From Lytechinus pictus (Eukaryota), in the NCBI RefSeq assembly GCF_037042905.1, contig NC_087246.1, forward strand, positions 3,412,001-3,476,000: a stretch of 64,000 nt of DNA. The letters run 5' to 3'. Within the stretch, counting starts at the first letter, position 1; every line of letters starts with the position of its first letter. A program made the translations under genes and the position numbers. Positions 25,728-39,478 of the stretch are shown piece after piece. Under the pieces are notes generated by a model. It worked only from the letters and a program-made list of their open reading frames with translations, was not told the DNA's origin and did no database searches.

Positions 25728-26991
25728 TTACTAATGAGCTGTTGGATAGAGACAAAAAGATGAATTGAGATTGAGGGTGATAGAGAAAGAGAGACAGGTG
25801 TGGGGGAGCCTTTGATGAATGCCTGAGAAAGCGAACATTACCATAATTTTTTTTTTGAGGATTTGGACAGTAATGAATAGTACATGTTTTTTCTGTTGGT
25901 ATTTCTCAAAATATGTGTATGTTGTATGTAATGAAATGGGTATAATCCTTTTGTAAGATACACTCATTCAGAAAATATTAACTAAACAAAAAAAAAAGCC
26001 AAATTATATTTTACTTATTTTCAACTGTTCAGACACTCTCATATCAAAAGTACCCCCCCCCTCATTTCAAGGTATTGGAGAGAGAGAGAGGTTGGATGAG
26101 AAATGGATTGGCTGTCTGCAGAAAAAAATGCAGGGGGAGCAAAACATTTTTAGGATATGTTCAAGGGAGCGAAGCGACCGAGCAGAAAAATTATTCTGGG
26201 GATATATGTGAGAGAGCAAAGTGACGAGAAGAACAAATGCAGGGGCCAAAATATTTCGAGAATATGTGAGAGGGAGCAAAGTGACCAAGCAGAAGTAAAA
26301 GGAAAGAGGGACAAAAATTGTGGTATGTGTGAGGGAGCAAAGCATCCGATAAAAAAAACCAGAAAGCAGGTCAATCAAAATATTTTTCAAATTTGTGCTG
26401 GTGCGCGACACGTTCACTCCCGAGCGATAGGGACTTGTTTAAAAATGGCATAGGAAATATGCGTTTTCTATAATCATGGTAAACTGATAATATGGTAGAA
26501 TTTAGGTGTTGTAAGAGTTAAATTCTGAATGAACTGTATTGGCTGGTTAGACATGCGCAGAGGATTATTTGTCTTTATCCATTTTTATTTTCACATTTTT
26601 CTTTTGTTTGAATTTATTTTCCAGGGGGTAAGCCCCCCCTCCCCCCATTCCTGTGGATACCAATGGGGCGGGGGCTTGGAATAGTGCAAGTTAGAAATGG
26701 TGAATCTGAACTTTATAGATATCAAAAGAGAAAGAAAGAATTGTAAAATGAAAATGAATAAAAACAAAGATAGAGAGGGGGAGAGTGAGAAAGCAGGTGA
26801 ACTTTCGAGGGGCATTAAAAAGTCTCAGATTAAAAACAACATTTTTGTTTTTGTAATTGTTTATTTTATTTACCCAGGGTCAGTCAAAATATTTTGGAAT
26901 ATGTGCGAGGGAGCGACACATTCACTCCCGAGCGGTAGGGACTTGTTTTAGGAAACATGCGTTTTCTAAGAATGGTAAACCCATATTTTAA

Positions 26992-28408
26992 GGTAAATTG
27001 CCAATTCGTCTACTGCCATACAGTCCACTCACCACATGGTCTACCTTCATTTTGTCTATAAATGCCATTTCGTCCAATAGCAATTTCGTTTACCACCCAT
27101 TTAGTCTAATTCTATTAAGGCTAATGCCATCTCCATTAATCAGTTCGTCCAATGTTCATTTAGTCCAAGCCATGTTGGCTAATATCAGTTGGTCCAATAT
27201 CCAAATTATCCACCGGATAATTGTCATTTCGTCTATCATTTCGTCCACCACCCATTAGGTCCGATAATCAGTTTGTCTAACAACCAAATCGCCCAGTTCG
27301 TCCAATTCTCAAATCGTCCAATAGTCATTTAGTCTAATAGCCAATTGGTCCAATAGCCATGTTGTCTAATACAAATATAATGCATCATCCGGGGGGGGGG
27401 GGGGGGACGAAATGACTTCTTAAATATACCTTGAAATTCCTGAAGATAAAAAAATATGTAACTAGGCCTGCTATCAGGAATGGAATGATGCGGTACAGCA
27501 TGCAGCCTCCTACCCCCCCCCCCCCCCCCCCCGCTCTCTCTACCACATCACGCACACAAAAGGGGGAATTGGAGTGGTTAAAATTGATAAAATTGAAATA
27601 GGGTCCTTTGATTTGGAATTTACCCTCATTTCTTTTTTTTTACAAATGCACACCTAAAAATGATAATCATCACTCATCATATAACAATGATAATAATTGT
27701 AATAATAGTAATTAATGTAGTACTAATAAACAAGAAATGTACTATAATAATAACGATAACAGCCTTAGACGGTACAAAAAAATTAAAAAGAGAGAAAAGT
27801 GGGAAAGGATGGGGAGAACATTACATAAAAACATAAAATGTATTACAATGGAGCTTAAAAAAACACTAATAAAAGATTAATCAAACGACAGGTGTACATT
27901 AATAACAAATCACAAGAGCAACAGGAGTCGAGGTAGCAATACACAGGCACCAAACTAGAAGGACTGCTAGTAGTAGACTATTCCTATTTGATTGTAGACA
28001 AAACGAATATTGACCGGGATGGCAATTGGACCCATTGATGATTAGACCAAATGATTGTTAGATGAAATGGGTTTAGACTAAGTGACAGTGGATCAACTGC
28101 AGTTGGACCAAATGGAACATAGACAAAATGTAAGTAGACTAAGTGGTCAGTGGCCATTTGCCCTTAGACCAATTGGCTATTGGACTAAATGGTAATAGAC
28201 ATAATGAAAATGGACAAAGTGGCTATTGGACAAATTGGCCAAAAATGCCATTAGACCAAATGAAAGTAGACAAATTGGTTATTAGACGAACTAGCTATTG
28301 GACAAAATGGTAATTGGAAGATGTGGAAAAGGAACAACTGATGGTAGATGAAATGACATACCATTTGATGAGTGGACAAAATGGCAGTAGACGAAATGGC
28401 AATAAACC
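26992..28408. mobile_element. MITE with short-period subterminal repeats in the palindrome spacer
   Basis: GGTAAATTGCCAATTCGTCTACTGCCA / TGGCAGTAGACGAAATGGCAATAAACC; many GTCTA/GTCCA motifs in inverted orientation in the two halves; imperfect TATTTTA/TATTATA flanks. Confidence 0.7.
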
Positions 28409-30120
28409 TATTATAGGCCTACGGTAGAATTTAGGTGTTTTACGAGTCAAATTCTGAATGAACTGTATTGGCTGGTAAGACATGCGGCAAGGATCTGTGT
28501 CTCTTATCCATTTTTATTTTTCAAATTTCTTTTGTTTGATTTCAGTTTTCAGGGGAAGCCCCCCCCCCCCCCCCCCTCCTGTGGAAGCCAGTGGGGCTGG
28601 GGCTTAGAATAGTGCACGATAGAAAGGGAAAAACCGGAACTTTAGATATCAAAAGAGAAACAAAGAATTGTAAAAATGGGTGAGCTTTCGAGGGGCATAA
28701 GAAAGTCTGAGATTAGAAACATCATTTTTATTTATTTCTTTATTCATTTATTCTGTTTTATTTACCAAGGGTAGCCTCTTCAGTACAAAACTGCTTTACA
28801 AGAGAGCACTGCACATCTAAATGTATTTATCAGCATTAATAGTTTATACATAATTTTTAAAATGAGCGCGAAGCTCAGGATAATGTTTGATATTCCAACC
28901 AGAAAAATTGGCATTTTAAGCATATAATCCCCTGCCCCATTGGCATCCACAGGAGGGTGGGCCTTTCTGCCTGGAAACTGAAATCAAAAGAAAAGTGTGG
29001 AAAATGGATGAAAGACAAAGATCCTCTGCGCATGTCTTACCAGCAAATGCAGCTCATTCAGAATCTAACTCTTAGAGCACCTAAATTCTACCGTAGGCCT
29101 ACAATATGTGTTTACCATGCTTAGAAAACGCATATTTCTTAAGCTATTTTTAAACAAGTCCCTACTGCTCAAGAGTGACCGAGTCGCTTCCTCACACATA
29201 TTCGAAAATATTTTGACCTGCTTTTTTTATCGGTTGCTTTGCTCCCTCACATACCCCAACAATTTTATGTCCTCTACATTTCTTCTGCTTGGTCACTTCG
29301 CTCCCTCTCACATATTCCCCAAATCTCTTGTCTCTTGCATTTTTCTTCTCTGTCATTTCGCTCTCTCGCATATATTGCAAAATAATTTTCTGCTGTCGCT
29401 TCGCTCCCTTGCACATATCCCAAAAATGTTTTGCCCCCCCCCCGTATTTTTTTTTCTGCAGACAGCCATGTCCCGTTCATACTCTCTCTCCAATACATTG
29501 AAATGATGGGGGGGGGGGCACTTTGGATATGAGAGTTACTGAACAATTGAAAATCAGTGAATTATTTGGCTTTTTTTCTTTTGTTTAGTTAATATTTTCT
29601 GTGTGAGTGAAACTTCCGAAGGATTATACCCGTTTCGTTACATAAAACATACAAGTATTTTGAGAAATACCAACAGAAAAAAAAACCCAGATTCTTCCTG
29701 ACTGTTCAAATCCTTAAAAAAATTATGGTAATCTTCGCTTTCTCAGGCATTGATCACAGGCTCCCCCAACACCCGTCTCTCTTTCTCTATCACCCCCATT
29801 CTTAATTCATCTTTTTGTCTCTATCCAACAGCTCATTCATATCTATCGCCTTGTTCTATCCTGTTCTATTCTTCTGTCAGCTTGCTGTCATTCCTACTTT
29901 TCACAAACTTTTTTCTCTTCTGACATTCTAAGTCAGAATGAATATACTGTAAGACATCATTTTTGCAACACGTTCAAATTTAATGAATGCACTTTTGTTA
30001 CATGCCCAGTGGTAAACTTTTTTATTGAGCTATTTTAAATAATCAGAATGCACATAGCGTAAATTATTTGTTGTAAAGTTTTGCGAGTCATGTTTGTCCA
30101 AACTTAAGAGCAAGTAATGT

Positions 30121-30338
30121 ACACGGCGGGACTTCTGCTGTGTGGTTTCAGCCTCTTCTCCAAGTTTTTAATAGTCCATTATTGCTGTTATCTTCCACTT
30201 TACCCCTCTTGGACTTTCTGATATTGAGTAGGAGTGGTCCTCGAGAAATGAAGGTGCTGAAGACTTTGCAGTATCTGGGAGGTTGTTTGCTGAATCAAAA
30301 CGTCTTTCTTTCGGGGAATTCCTTGGCTTGGATGAACT
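30121..30338 (-). pseudogene. THAP gene remnant, exon 3, right arm
   Basis: Reverse complement of 24624-24845 with small indels; retains DHSY and ...TQQKSRR. Confidence 0.75.
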
Positions 30339-31380
30339 CTGTACGAGATGAATGAATTAAAAAAAAGAAACATATAAGAAATATTGAACAAAAACAGATA
30401 GAAGAATGAAAAGATAGCTTTAAATTTTTCAATTAAATATTCGATAATACATGAAGAATAATATTTATTTAGGAATCAAACCTTTTCCAGTGACTTGCAA
30501 CAAAATAAATGTTTTTTTTTTAAATATTCATGATGATATATTAACCCTATCTAGCCCCTGGGGGGGGGGGCTTAATAAGCTTAATAAGCCCCCCCATCCA
30601 CATTTTTCACGATAAGTCCACAATGAGAAACGAGGTACCACAATTTTTTTTTTCGTTCAATTCTCGCAAGGCTTTTAGACAAAATTCGAGACGCCCAGAT
30701 ACGCAGTTACGCAACATTTTATGAGTTCATGTTGGACTGAAAATTGCTCAAAAATATTATTTTGTATACATATTTAATCCAATGGAAATTCTATTTTCAG
30801 TCATAATTGACAAATGCATCATTATTCTTGCACTAATTGGTTGGAAATAATCAAATCTTGCTTTTTATAATTGGAATAGTGCCACGAAGTGATCCCATTG
30901 AAAAAAAACTATAAAATACATAAGGCCCCAAAACAAAGAAATACGTATGGAATTATAGAACCAATAAAATACATAAAAGTAGAAATTTGATTTACCATTT
31001 CTTCAGGAGCACATTTGTTTAGAAATCATAGAATTTGGGGAATTATTTAGGGATTTATCTTTAACCCTAAATAGACTGGGCTATTTCGACGCCTAAGAAG
31101 ACGGGGGGGGGGGCTGATTCAGCCCCCCTTATGATCTCGGCCGTTGATCTCGCAATCGCGACGAAAATTGGCACGCGCGTTACCCATGGCATTATCTACA
31201 ATACCATAATATCAAAATCTGCTCAAAAATATTATTTTGTATACATATTTAATCCAATGGAAATTCTATTTTCAGTCATAATTGACAAAGGCATCATTAT
31301 TCTTGCACTGATTGGTTGAAAATAATAAAATCTTTGCTTTTTATAATTGGAATAGTACCACGAAGTGATCTCATTGAAAA

Positions 31381-32173
31381 ACAAGAGGAACGCCTCTGGC
31401 AGTCTCGCCTGCATTACGCAATTTAATATGAGCAGCAGTGCTAACTTTGAAAACTACTATAAAATAATCATTCACAAAAACATCATTCATATAATGACAT
31501 AATACCACGTTCATTGACCATAAATGACTACACCCATGTCCACATTTCATTCACTCTATCCATAAACTTTCAAAGTTATGATGGCACTTCAACAATTACC
31601 CCAACATGGCCTAAGTTTATTGACCTTAACTGACCTTTGACTTGGTTTTGTGACCTGAAACTCACAGGGGATGTTCAGTGATGCTTGATTACTCTTATAT
31701 CCCAAGTGTTATGAACTAGATCCATAAACTTTCATAGTTAGGATGGTAATTCAACAAATACCCCCAACACGGCCAAAGTTCATTGACCTTAAATGACCAT
31801 TCACCATGGTCATGTGACCTGAAACTCGCACAGGATATTCAGTGGTACTTGATTAACCTAATGTCCAAGTTTCATGAACTAAATCCATAAATTTTCAAAG
31901 TTATGATAGTAATTCAACAAATACCCCCAACTTGACCAAAGTTCATTGACCCTAAATGACCTTTGACCTTGGTCACGTGACCTGAAACTCGAGCAGGATG
32001 TTTACTAATACTTGATTAACCTTATTCCCAAGTTTCATGAACTAGGTCCATATACTTTCTAAGTTATGATGTCATTTCAAAAACTTAACCTTAGGTTAAG
32101 ATTTGATGTTGACGCCGCCGCCGCCGTCGGAAAAGCGGCGCCTATAGTCTCGCTCTGCTATGCAGGCGAGACA
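31381..32173 (-). mobile_element. Helentron/DINE-1-like tandem-repeat element, right arm only
   Basis: Same family as 58022-58968 and 59889-61065; inserted in an A/T run with no clear TSD; empty sites at ~24050, ~30900 and ~34120. Confidence 0.8.
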
Positions 32174-32785
32174 AAAACCAATAAAATACATAAGGCCCCA
32201 AAACTAAGAAATACGTATGGAATTATAGAACCAATACATAAGATTAGAAATTTGATTTACCATTTTTTTCAGGAGCACATTTGTTTAGAAATCATAGAAT
32301 TTGGGGAATTATTTAGAGATTTACCTTTAAAGCAGAGAATTCTATATTTAGGCATAAATTAGCATTATTAATTTATTAAAAATAAATTTAAATTCTGTAA
32401 AATCAGCGATACACCCTTAGCTCCATGCTTGCAGATTACATTGATGGTGACGTGTGTATTGGTTTTCGTTGCGATCGACGGAGATCTGAAGAGGGGGACC
32501 AAAAAGCCTCCCCCCCCCCCCCCCCGGGCTATGCAATCTAAAAGCAGCCCAGGATTATTATGTAGGGTAAACCAAATTTTTAATATATTTGTTCATTTAG
32601 TAAGAGTTTACTGTAAATACACAGTAAAGGCCCAGGTCCATGGTTAGCCTCCCAAATAGGATAATTTTCATCTCTATTTGGCTACTGAAAATGGAATATT
32701 TAAAGCAATGTTCTATCAAACCAAAGGTAGATAATACAGAGAAAATATTTCTTTAGAACACATGTATGATATAGATCTACTCTAC

Positions 32786-32991
32786 CTTCTGAAGACGAGG
32801 CAGGAAATCAAATATGGTTGGGACAGCATCCTGTCTAAGACGTGTCACTTGCCCAGTCCTGTCAAAGCTACCATCTTCAAAATGAGCAAAACGGAGTACA
32901 AAGCTCTTGGAAGAATTCAATGAAGCTCGCTTCATATTGACCATCCATACTGTGTTACAGTACCGGTTCAGTCCAACGGCTGAATGGGAAT
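32786..32991 (-). pseudogene. THAP-domain gene remnant, exon 2, right arm
   Basis: Overlaps ORF 32777-33010: WMVNMKRASLNSSKSFVLRFAHFEDGSFDRTGQVTRLRQDAVPTIFDFLPRLQK; AG/GT boundaries mirror the left copy. Confidence 0.85.
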
Positions 32992-35097
32992 CTGCAGCAA
33001 ATGTAAACACATGTCATAAAATCAATTACACATAATTAAGAAAATTTGACGTGTCCAAAGGACACAGATGCCCCTACTTAACGCGATCAGAAATCCATTC
33101 AATATGATTGAACTTAATATCATACAGAAACCAATATGCATATATATATAATTAACAAATTCAGACCTTTGAACCGACTTGCATATATAATGAGATGTGA
33201 CCTTTGACCTACGGACTCCGAATTCGAACTTAGCCTGTATTTTGTGGTCATCTACCTACACACCAAAAATTTTTTTTAATCCATTAAATATTTTTCGAGT
33301 TATTGCGCGGAAACCCAAGTGGGGGGGGGGGGGACGGACTGGGCTTCGTCTGTGGGGGCATAAAAACTCTAGGCCTACATGTACTCAGCAGGGGCCCGTT
33401 TCTCAACACTTGGACAAGTTAGTCATATAACTTTATCTACCAAACACAGAGTTAGTTCCAATCTTACCCAAAATGATTAACTAGAATCCATTGATATCGT
33501 ATATTCATTAGTGGTGGAAAGTACATGAAACGTAGCCTTAGTCACAAAATAGCATAATTTTCAAAAAGTAAAATTATGATAAAACCTAATAATAATAATA
33601 ATCCGCTTTTATATAGCGCTTAATACATCGAATGAAAAGATAGCTTAAAATTTTTCAATTTAATATTTGATAATACATGAAGAATAATATTTATTTAGGA
33701 ATCAAACCTTTTCCAGTGACTTGCAACAAAATAAATGTTTTTTTTTTTATATTCATGATGATATATTAACCCTATCTAGCCCCTGGGGGGGGGGGGGCTT
33801 AATAAGCCCCCCTATCCACATTTTTCACGATAAGTCCAAAATGAGAAACGAGGTACCACTATTTTTTTTTTCGTTCAATTCTCGCAGAGCTTTTGAGACC
33901 AAATTCGAGACGCCCGGATACGCAGTTACCCAACATTTTATGAGTTTATGTTGGACCAAAAATTGCTAGAAAATATTATTTTGTATACATATTTAATCCA
34001 ATGGAAATTCTGTTTTCAGTCATAATTGACAAATGCATCATTATTCTTGCACTGATTGGTTGAAAATAATCAAATCTTTGCTTTTTATAATTGGAATAGT
34101 ACCACGAAGTGATCCCATTGAAAAAAACCAATAAAATACATAAGGCCCCAAAACTAAGAAATACGTATGGAATTATAAAACCAATAAAATACATAAGATT
34201 AGAAATTTGATTTACCATTTTTTTCAGGAGCACATTTGTTTAGAAATCATAGAATTTGGGGAATTATTTAGAGATTTACCTTTAAAGCAGAGAATTCTAT
34301 ATTTAGGCATAAATTAGCATTATTAATTTATTAAAAATAAATTTAAATTCTGTAAAATCAGCGATACACCCTTAGCTCCATGCTTGCAGATTACATTGAT
34401 GGTGACGTGTGTATTGGTTTTCGTTGCGATCGACGGAGATCTGAAGAGGGGGACCAAAAAGCCTCCCCCCCCCCCCCCCGGGCTATGCAATCTAAAAGTA
34501 GCCCAGGATTATTATGTAGGGTAAACCAAATTTTTTTTATATTTGTTCATTTAGTAAGAGTTTACTGTAAATACACAGTAAAGGCCCAGGTCCATGGTTA
34601 CCCTCCCAAATAGGATAATTTTCATCTCTATTTGGCTACTGAAAATGGAATATTAAAAATAAAAGGAGGAATTACCTCCTTTTTTGTTGGAAAAGTATTG
34701 TAGGATATGATTTTAATTACTGAATATGTTAAAAAATAGCTCAAAGTTATATTCTCATGAAAAGTTGATTTTTTTTCTCGCTCGCTTCGCTCGCTCAGGA
34801 CTTATATATATATATATAAAGCAGCCTTTTGGCACATGTTCTATACTGCGCCCCTCGTTGTTTTTTTGTTTTGTTTTTTACTCTTCACGCTACTGCCGCA
34901 AATAATCCTCTTCACAGTGGCGCGTACAGACCACCGTGACAAAAAAGGAATCTAAAGAGAGAAGAATTAAATAAATTTATTATCTGGATATCATGTCAAA
35001 ATCTATCACAAAATTGGATTTTTGTATTAAAAAGGTTAAAAAAAATTGCTCGCTCGCTTCGCTCGCTCGCAACTTTTTTTAAAGATAAGTTCTGGCC

Positions 35098-38000
35098 TTC
35101 TCAAAATAGTCGCCTTACTACACCATTACGCCTATTCATACCATGATATGACCGGGAAATTTTTGGCTCTTGCCCCCCCCCCCCCGGCCACCGAACCCTG
35201 TTACGCCGCTGTAAAAATGCTGTGCATCATCATCATCATCATCTACCTACACACCCACATTTTTTAAAAATCTGTTGAATATTTCATAAGATATCTTTAA
35301 GGAGCTGTGATCTTTGACCTGCAGACTCCGAATTCAAAGTTAGCCTGTACTATGGTGTCATGTACCTAAGCACCAACATTTTTTTTAATCAATATATATA
35401 AATCGAAATATATTTCGATTTATTGCGCGGAAACCAAGTGGGGGGGGGGGGGCGGGCGAATCAACGGACAGGGGCAACGCTTAATGCCCCCTCCGGACTT
35501 TGTCTGCGAGGGCATAATTACCAAGGAGCTGCATTTCTCAAAATAGTCGCCTTATTACACCATTATGCCTATTCATACCATGATATGACCGGGAAATTTT
35601 TGGCTCTTGCCCCCCCCCCCTTGGCCACCGAACCCTGTTACGCCGCTGTAAAAATGCTGTGCATCATCATCATCATCTACCTACACACCAAAATTTTTTA
35701 AAAATCTGTTGAATATTTCATAAGATATCTTTAAGGAGCTGTGATCTTTGACATGCATACTCCGAATTCGAACTTAGCCTGTATTGGTATCATCTACCTA
35801 CACACTCAAATTTGTTTAAATATGTAGAATATTTTATAAGTAATCATGCGGAAACTAAATTGCATATTTAATGAGCCGTGACCTTTGACCTGCCGACTAC
35901 GAATTCGAACTTATCCTGTATTTTGGTGTCATCTACCTACACACTCAAATTCGTTTAAATATTTAGAATATTTCATAAGTAATCATGCGGAAACTGCATA
36001 TTTAATGAGCCGTGACCTTTGACCTGCCGACTCCGAACTTAGCCTGTATTTGGTGTCATCTACCTACACACCATAATTTTTATAAATCTGTTGAATATTT
36101 AATAAGTCATCATGCGGAAACCAACTCGGATATTTCATGAGCTGTGACCTTGGACCTGCAGACTCTGAATTCAAAGTTAGCCTGTACTATGGTGTGATGT
36201 ACCTACACACCAAAATTTTTTTAATCAATATATATAAATCGAAATATATTTCGATTTATTGCGCGGAAACCAAGTGGGGGGGGGGGCGGGCGAATCAACG
36301 GACAGGGGCAACGCTTAATGCCCCCTCCGGACTTTGTCTGCGGGGGCATAATTACCAAGGAGCTGCATTTCTCAAAATAGTCGCCTTATTACACCATTAC
36401 GCCTATTCATACCATGATATGACCGGGAAATTTTTGGCTCTTGCCCCCCCCCCCCCTGGCCACCGAACCCTGTTACGCCGCTGTAAAAATGCTGTGCATC
36501 ATCATCATCATCTACCTACACACCCAAATTTTTTAAAAATCTGTTGCATATTTCATAAGATATCTTTAACCACTTGACTGCGTAGCACGTAATATTACGT
36601 GCTGGGCGAGTGTACGATCTGTGCTGGGCACGTAATATTACGTGCTTGACCTATCTTCTGTTTGAGGCGTCAGCACCGTGCTGTTAATACCCCTACGATG
36701 AAAACAGCGCATGTATATCAAATTTCAGACTATGGTCGCCAGATGGCGCTATTCCACAAAAGTTATTGAAACTTTTGCAGTGATTTATAAATGTTTGTAT
36801 TCACTTTTCCATAGTGATAGTGTACGGCGCTCAGTTCAAAATGGCGACTCGCAGTGGAGAAATGAATCAGAAGGATTTTGACGAAACTTTAGACGATAGG
36901 AGTAATAAATATAGTGAAAGATCTGTGTCAGAAGGGGAAGATGATTTTTTTTGTATGGATATTGGAAAAAGTGATGAGGAAAGTGATGTGATTATTTACA
37001 ATTTTCCCCCAAGTTGCTGTCGGTAGTAGTCCCAAATAGATCTAAATTGTTAGTCCCATTCAGTAGCACCAGGGGGGTCAGTGCGCATTACAGCCTATAG
37101 CAGTCAAGTGGTTAAGGAGCTGTGATCTTTGACCTGCATACTCCGAATTCGAACTTAGCCTGTATTGGTATCATCTACCTACACACTCAAATTTGTTTAA
37201 ATATGTAGAATATTTTAAAAGTAATCATGTGGAAACTAAATTGCATATTTAATGAGCCGTGACCTTTGACCTGCCGACTACGAATTTGAACTTAACCTGT
37301 ATTTTGGTGTCATCTACCTACACACTCAAATTCGTTTAAATATGTAGAATATTTCATAAGTCATCATGTGGAAACCAACTCGGATATTTCATGAGCTGTG
37401 ACCTTGGACCTGCAGACTCCGAATTCAAAGTTGATTTTCGATTTATTGCGCGGAAACCAAGTGGGGGGGGGGCGGGCGAATCAACGGACAGGGGCAACGC
37501 TTAATGCCCCCTCCGGACTTTGTCTGCGAGGGCATAATTACCAAGGAGCTGCATTTCTCAAAATAGTTGCCTTATTACACCATTACGCCTATTCATACCA
37601 TGATATGACCGGGAAATTTTTGGCTCTTGCCCCCCCCCCCTGGCCACCGAACCCTGTTACGCCGCTGTAAAAATGCTGTTCATCATCATCATCATCTACC
37701 TACACACCCAAATTTTTTAAAAATCTGTTGCATATTTCATAAGATATCTTTAAGGAGCTGTGATCTTTGACCTGCATACTCCGAATTCGAACTTAGCCTG
37801 TATTGGTATCATCTACCTACACACTCAAATTTGTTTAAATATGTAGAATATTTTTAAAGTAATCATGTGGAAACTAAATTGCATATTTAATGAGCCGTGA
37901 CCTTTGACCTGCTGACTACGAATTCGAACTTAACATGTATTTTGGTGTCATCTACCTACACACTCAAATTCGTTTAAATATGTAGAATATTTCATAAGTC

Positions 38001-38268
38001 ATCATGTGGAAACCAACTCTGATATTTCATGAGCTGTGACCTTGGACCTGCAGACTCCGAATTCAAAGTTAGCCTGTACTATGGTGTCACATACCTACAC
38101 ACCAAAATTTTTTTAATCAATATATATAAATCGAAATATATTTCGATTTATTGCGCGGAAACCAAGTGGGGGGGGGGGGTGGGCGGGCGAATCAACGGAC
38201 AGGGGCAACGCTTAATGCCCCCTCCGGACTTTGTCTGCGGGGGCATAATTACCGAGGAGCTGCATTTG
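35098..38268. repeat. Four tandem copies of a ~0.4-0.85-kb unit that is single-copy in the left arm (18814-19650)
   Basis: TTCTCAAAATAGT(C/T)GCCTTA recurs at ~35098, 35534, 36369 and 37555; copies differ in the number of internal subunits. Confidence 0.85.
36570..37111 (+). mobile_element. piggyBac-like internally deleted element (542 bp)
   Basis: TTAA|CCACTTGACTGC ... GCAGTCAAGTGG|TTAA; empty site GATATCTTTAAGGAGC in the sibling repeats; acidic ORF remnant MATRSGEMNQKDFDETLDD...SEGEDD...SDEESD from 36841. Confidence 0.88.
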
Positions 38269-39478
38269 AAGCGAGCCTGAATCAAGGCTGTGAAATTTAT
38301 TAGCGCCACCATCTGGCTTCCTTTCATTTGCGTAAAAAGAAGAGACACGCGAAGTCACTTTCTAGTCCAAACTCCAAAGTAATCAAATTTGCTTTTTTTT
38401 TAAATATGATTTTGATTTAATTAAAAATATACTATTGACTTTTTGTATTATGGCTACTCACCGCTAAGCGCCCCGGTGAGTAGCGAGGAGTTTCGGCAAA
38501 AATTAATTCTGTAAAAGTTGGCGGAGTACAGCAAGTCTGCATATGCCGACTTAACCCAAGACAAGACAAGTATTGTAATGAAGCGATGTTTGCCAACTTC
38601 ACAGAAATCCAGGGCCAAATGCAGTTCGGTGTACGAGGTTAGTACTATAGTCGATCTATACATTTACTGTAGCAACTATATGTAGCAACTAACCTCGAAC
38701 TAGTAATGAGTGGGGCCAGGGCCAGTACCACAACTATACTAGTACAGCAGGCGATGGTTTGTGTAAGCTCCACTACACTTCACTACTGCTAACCTCCGCT
38801 TCACCTATAGGCTATAGTGGAGTGTTTAATGGCTGGCTATACGAACCATCGCCTGATTTTTTTAGGCCTAGTCACTCAAGGGTTCATTACATGCCGCCGC
38901 GCACAGAAAAATCAAGCAATAGAAGTTGTGTGTTGTGGACACCAGAAGTGGGATCACAGCACGCGTGGGCCACTAGTTAGAAATCCATTGCCAAACGTGG
39001 TTAATGGTGCGAGGTTAGTATACTAATACTTACCTCGCAATACGCGTGAGTCACTGAGTGGAGTAGCCTAAACGGTTAAGTTAGAGTTTCATACGGCATG
39101 TACGGCCCACTCACACGTATTGCGAGGTTAGTATATTAGTATACTAACGGCCAGGCATCAATAACTTTTGTTGTCATCCAATTTCAATGAAATTTTCAGC
39201 ATTTTGCTCGGAATGAATTTTACATTATTTATTAAGATCAAGGCCTAAATATCTTCAACCTGTATAATTCATAACCATTTTACTTTTTAGGTGTGCAGAA
39301 AAGACCAACCCCCCCCCCCCCCCCCCCCCCAATGGTCTGCTGACTACAGTACATAAACTTAAATACACGGGACTAGTATTGTTACACAGCTTTTTGCAAA
39401 TGCAAGTTTGGTAACGACTAACGAATTCCCATTTTTTTTTCAACGTAATTTTGATGTCGAAAACATAGCTGAACTTAC

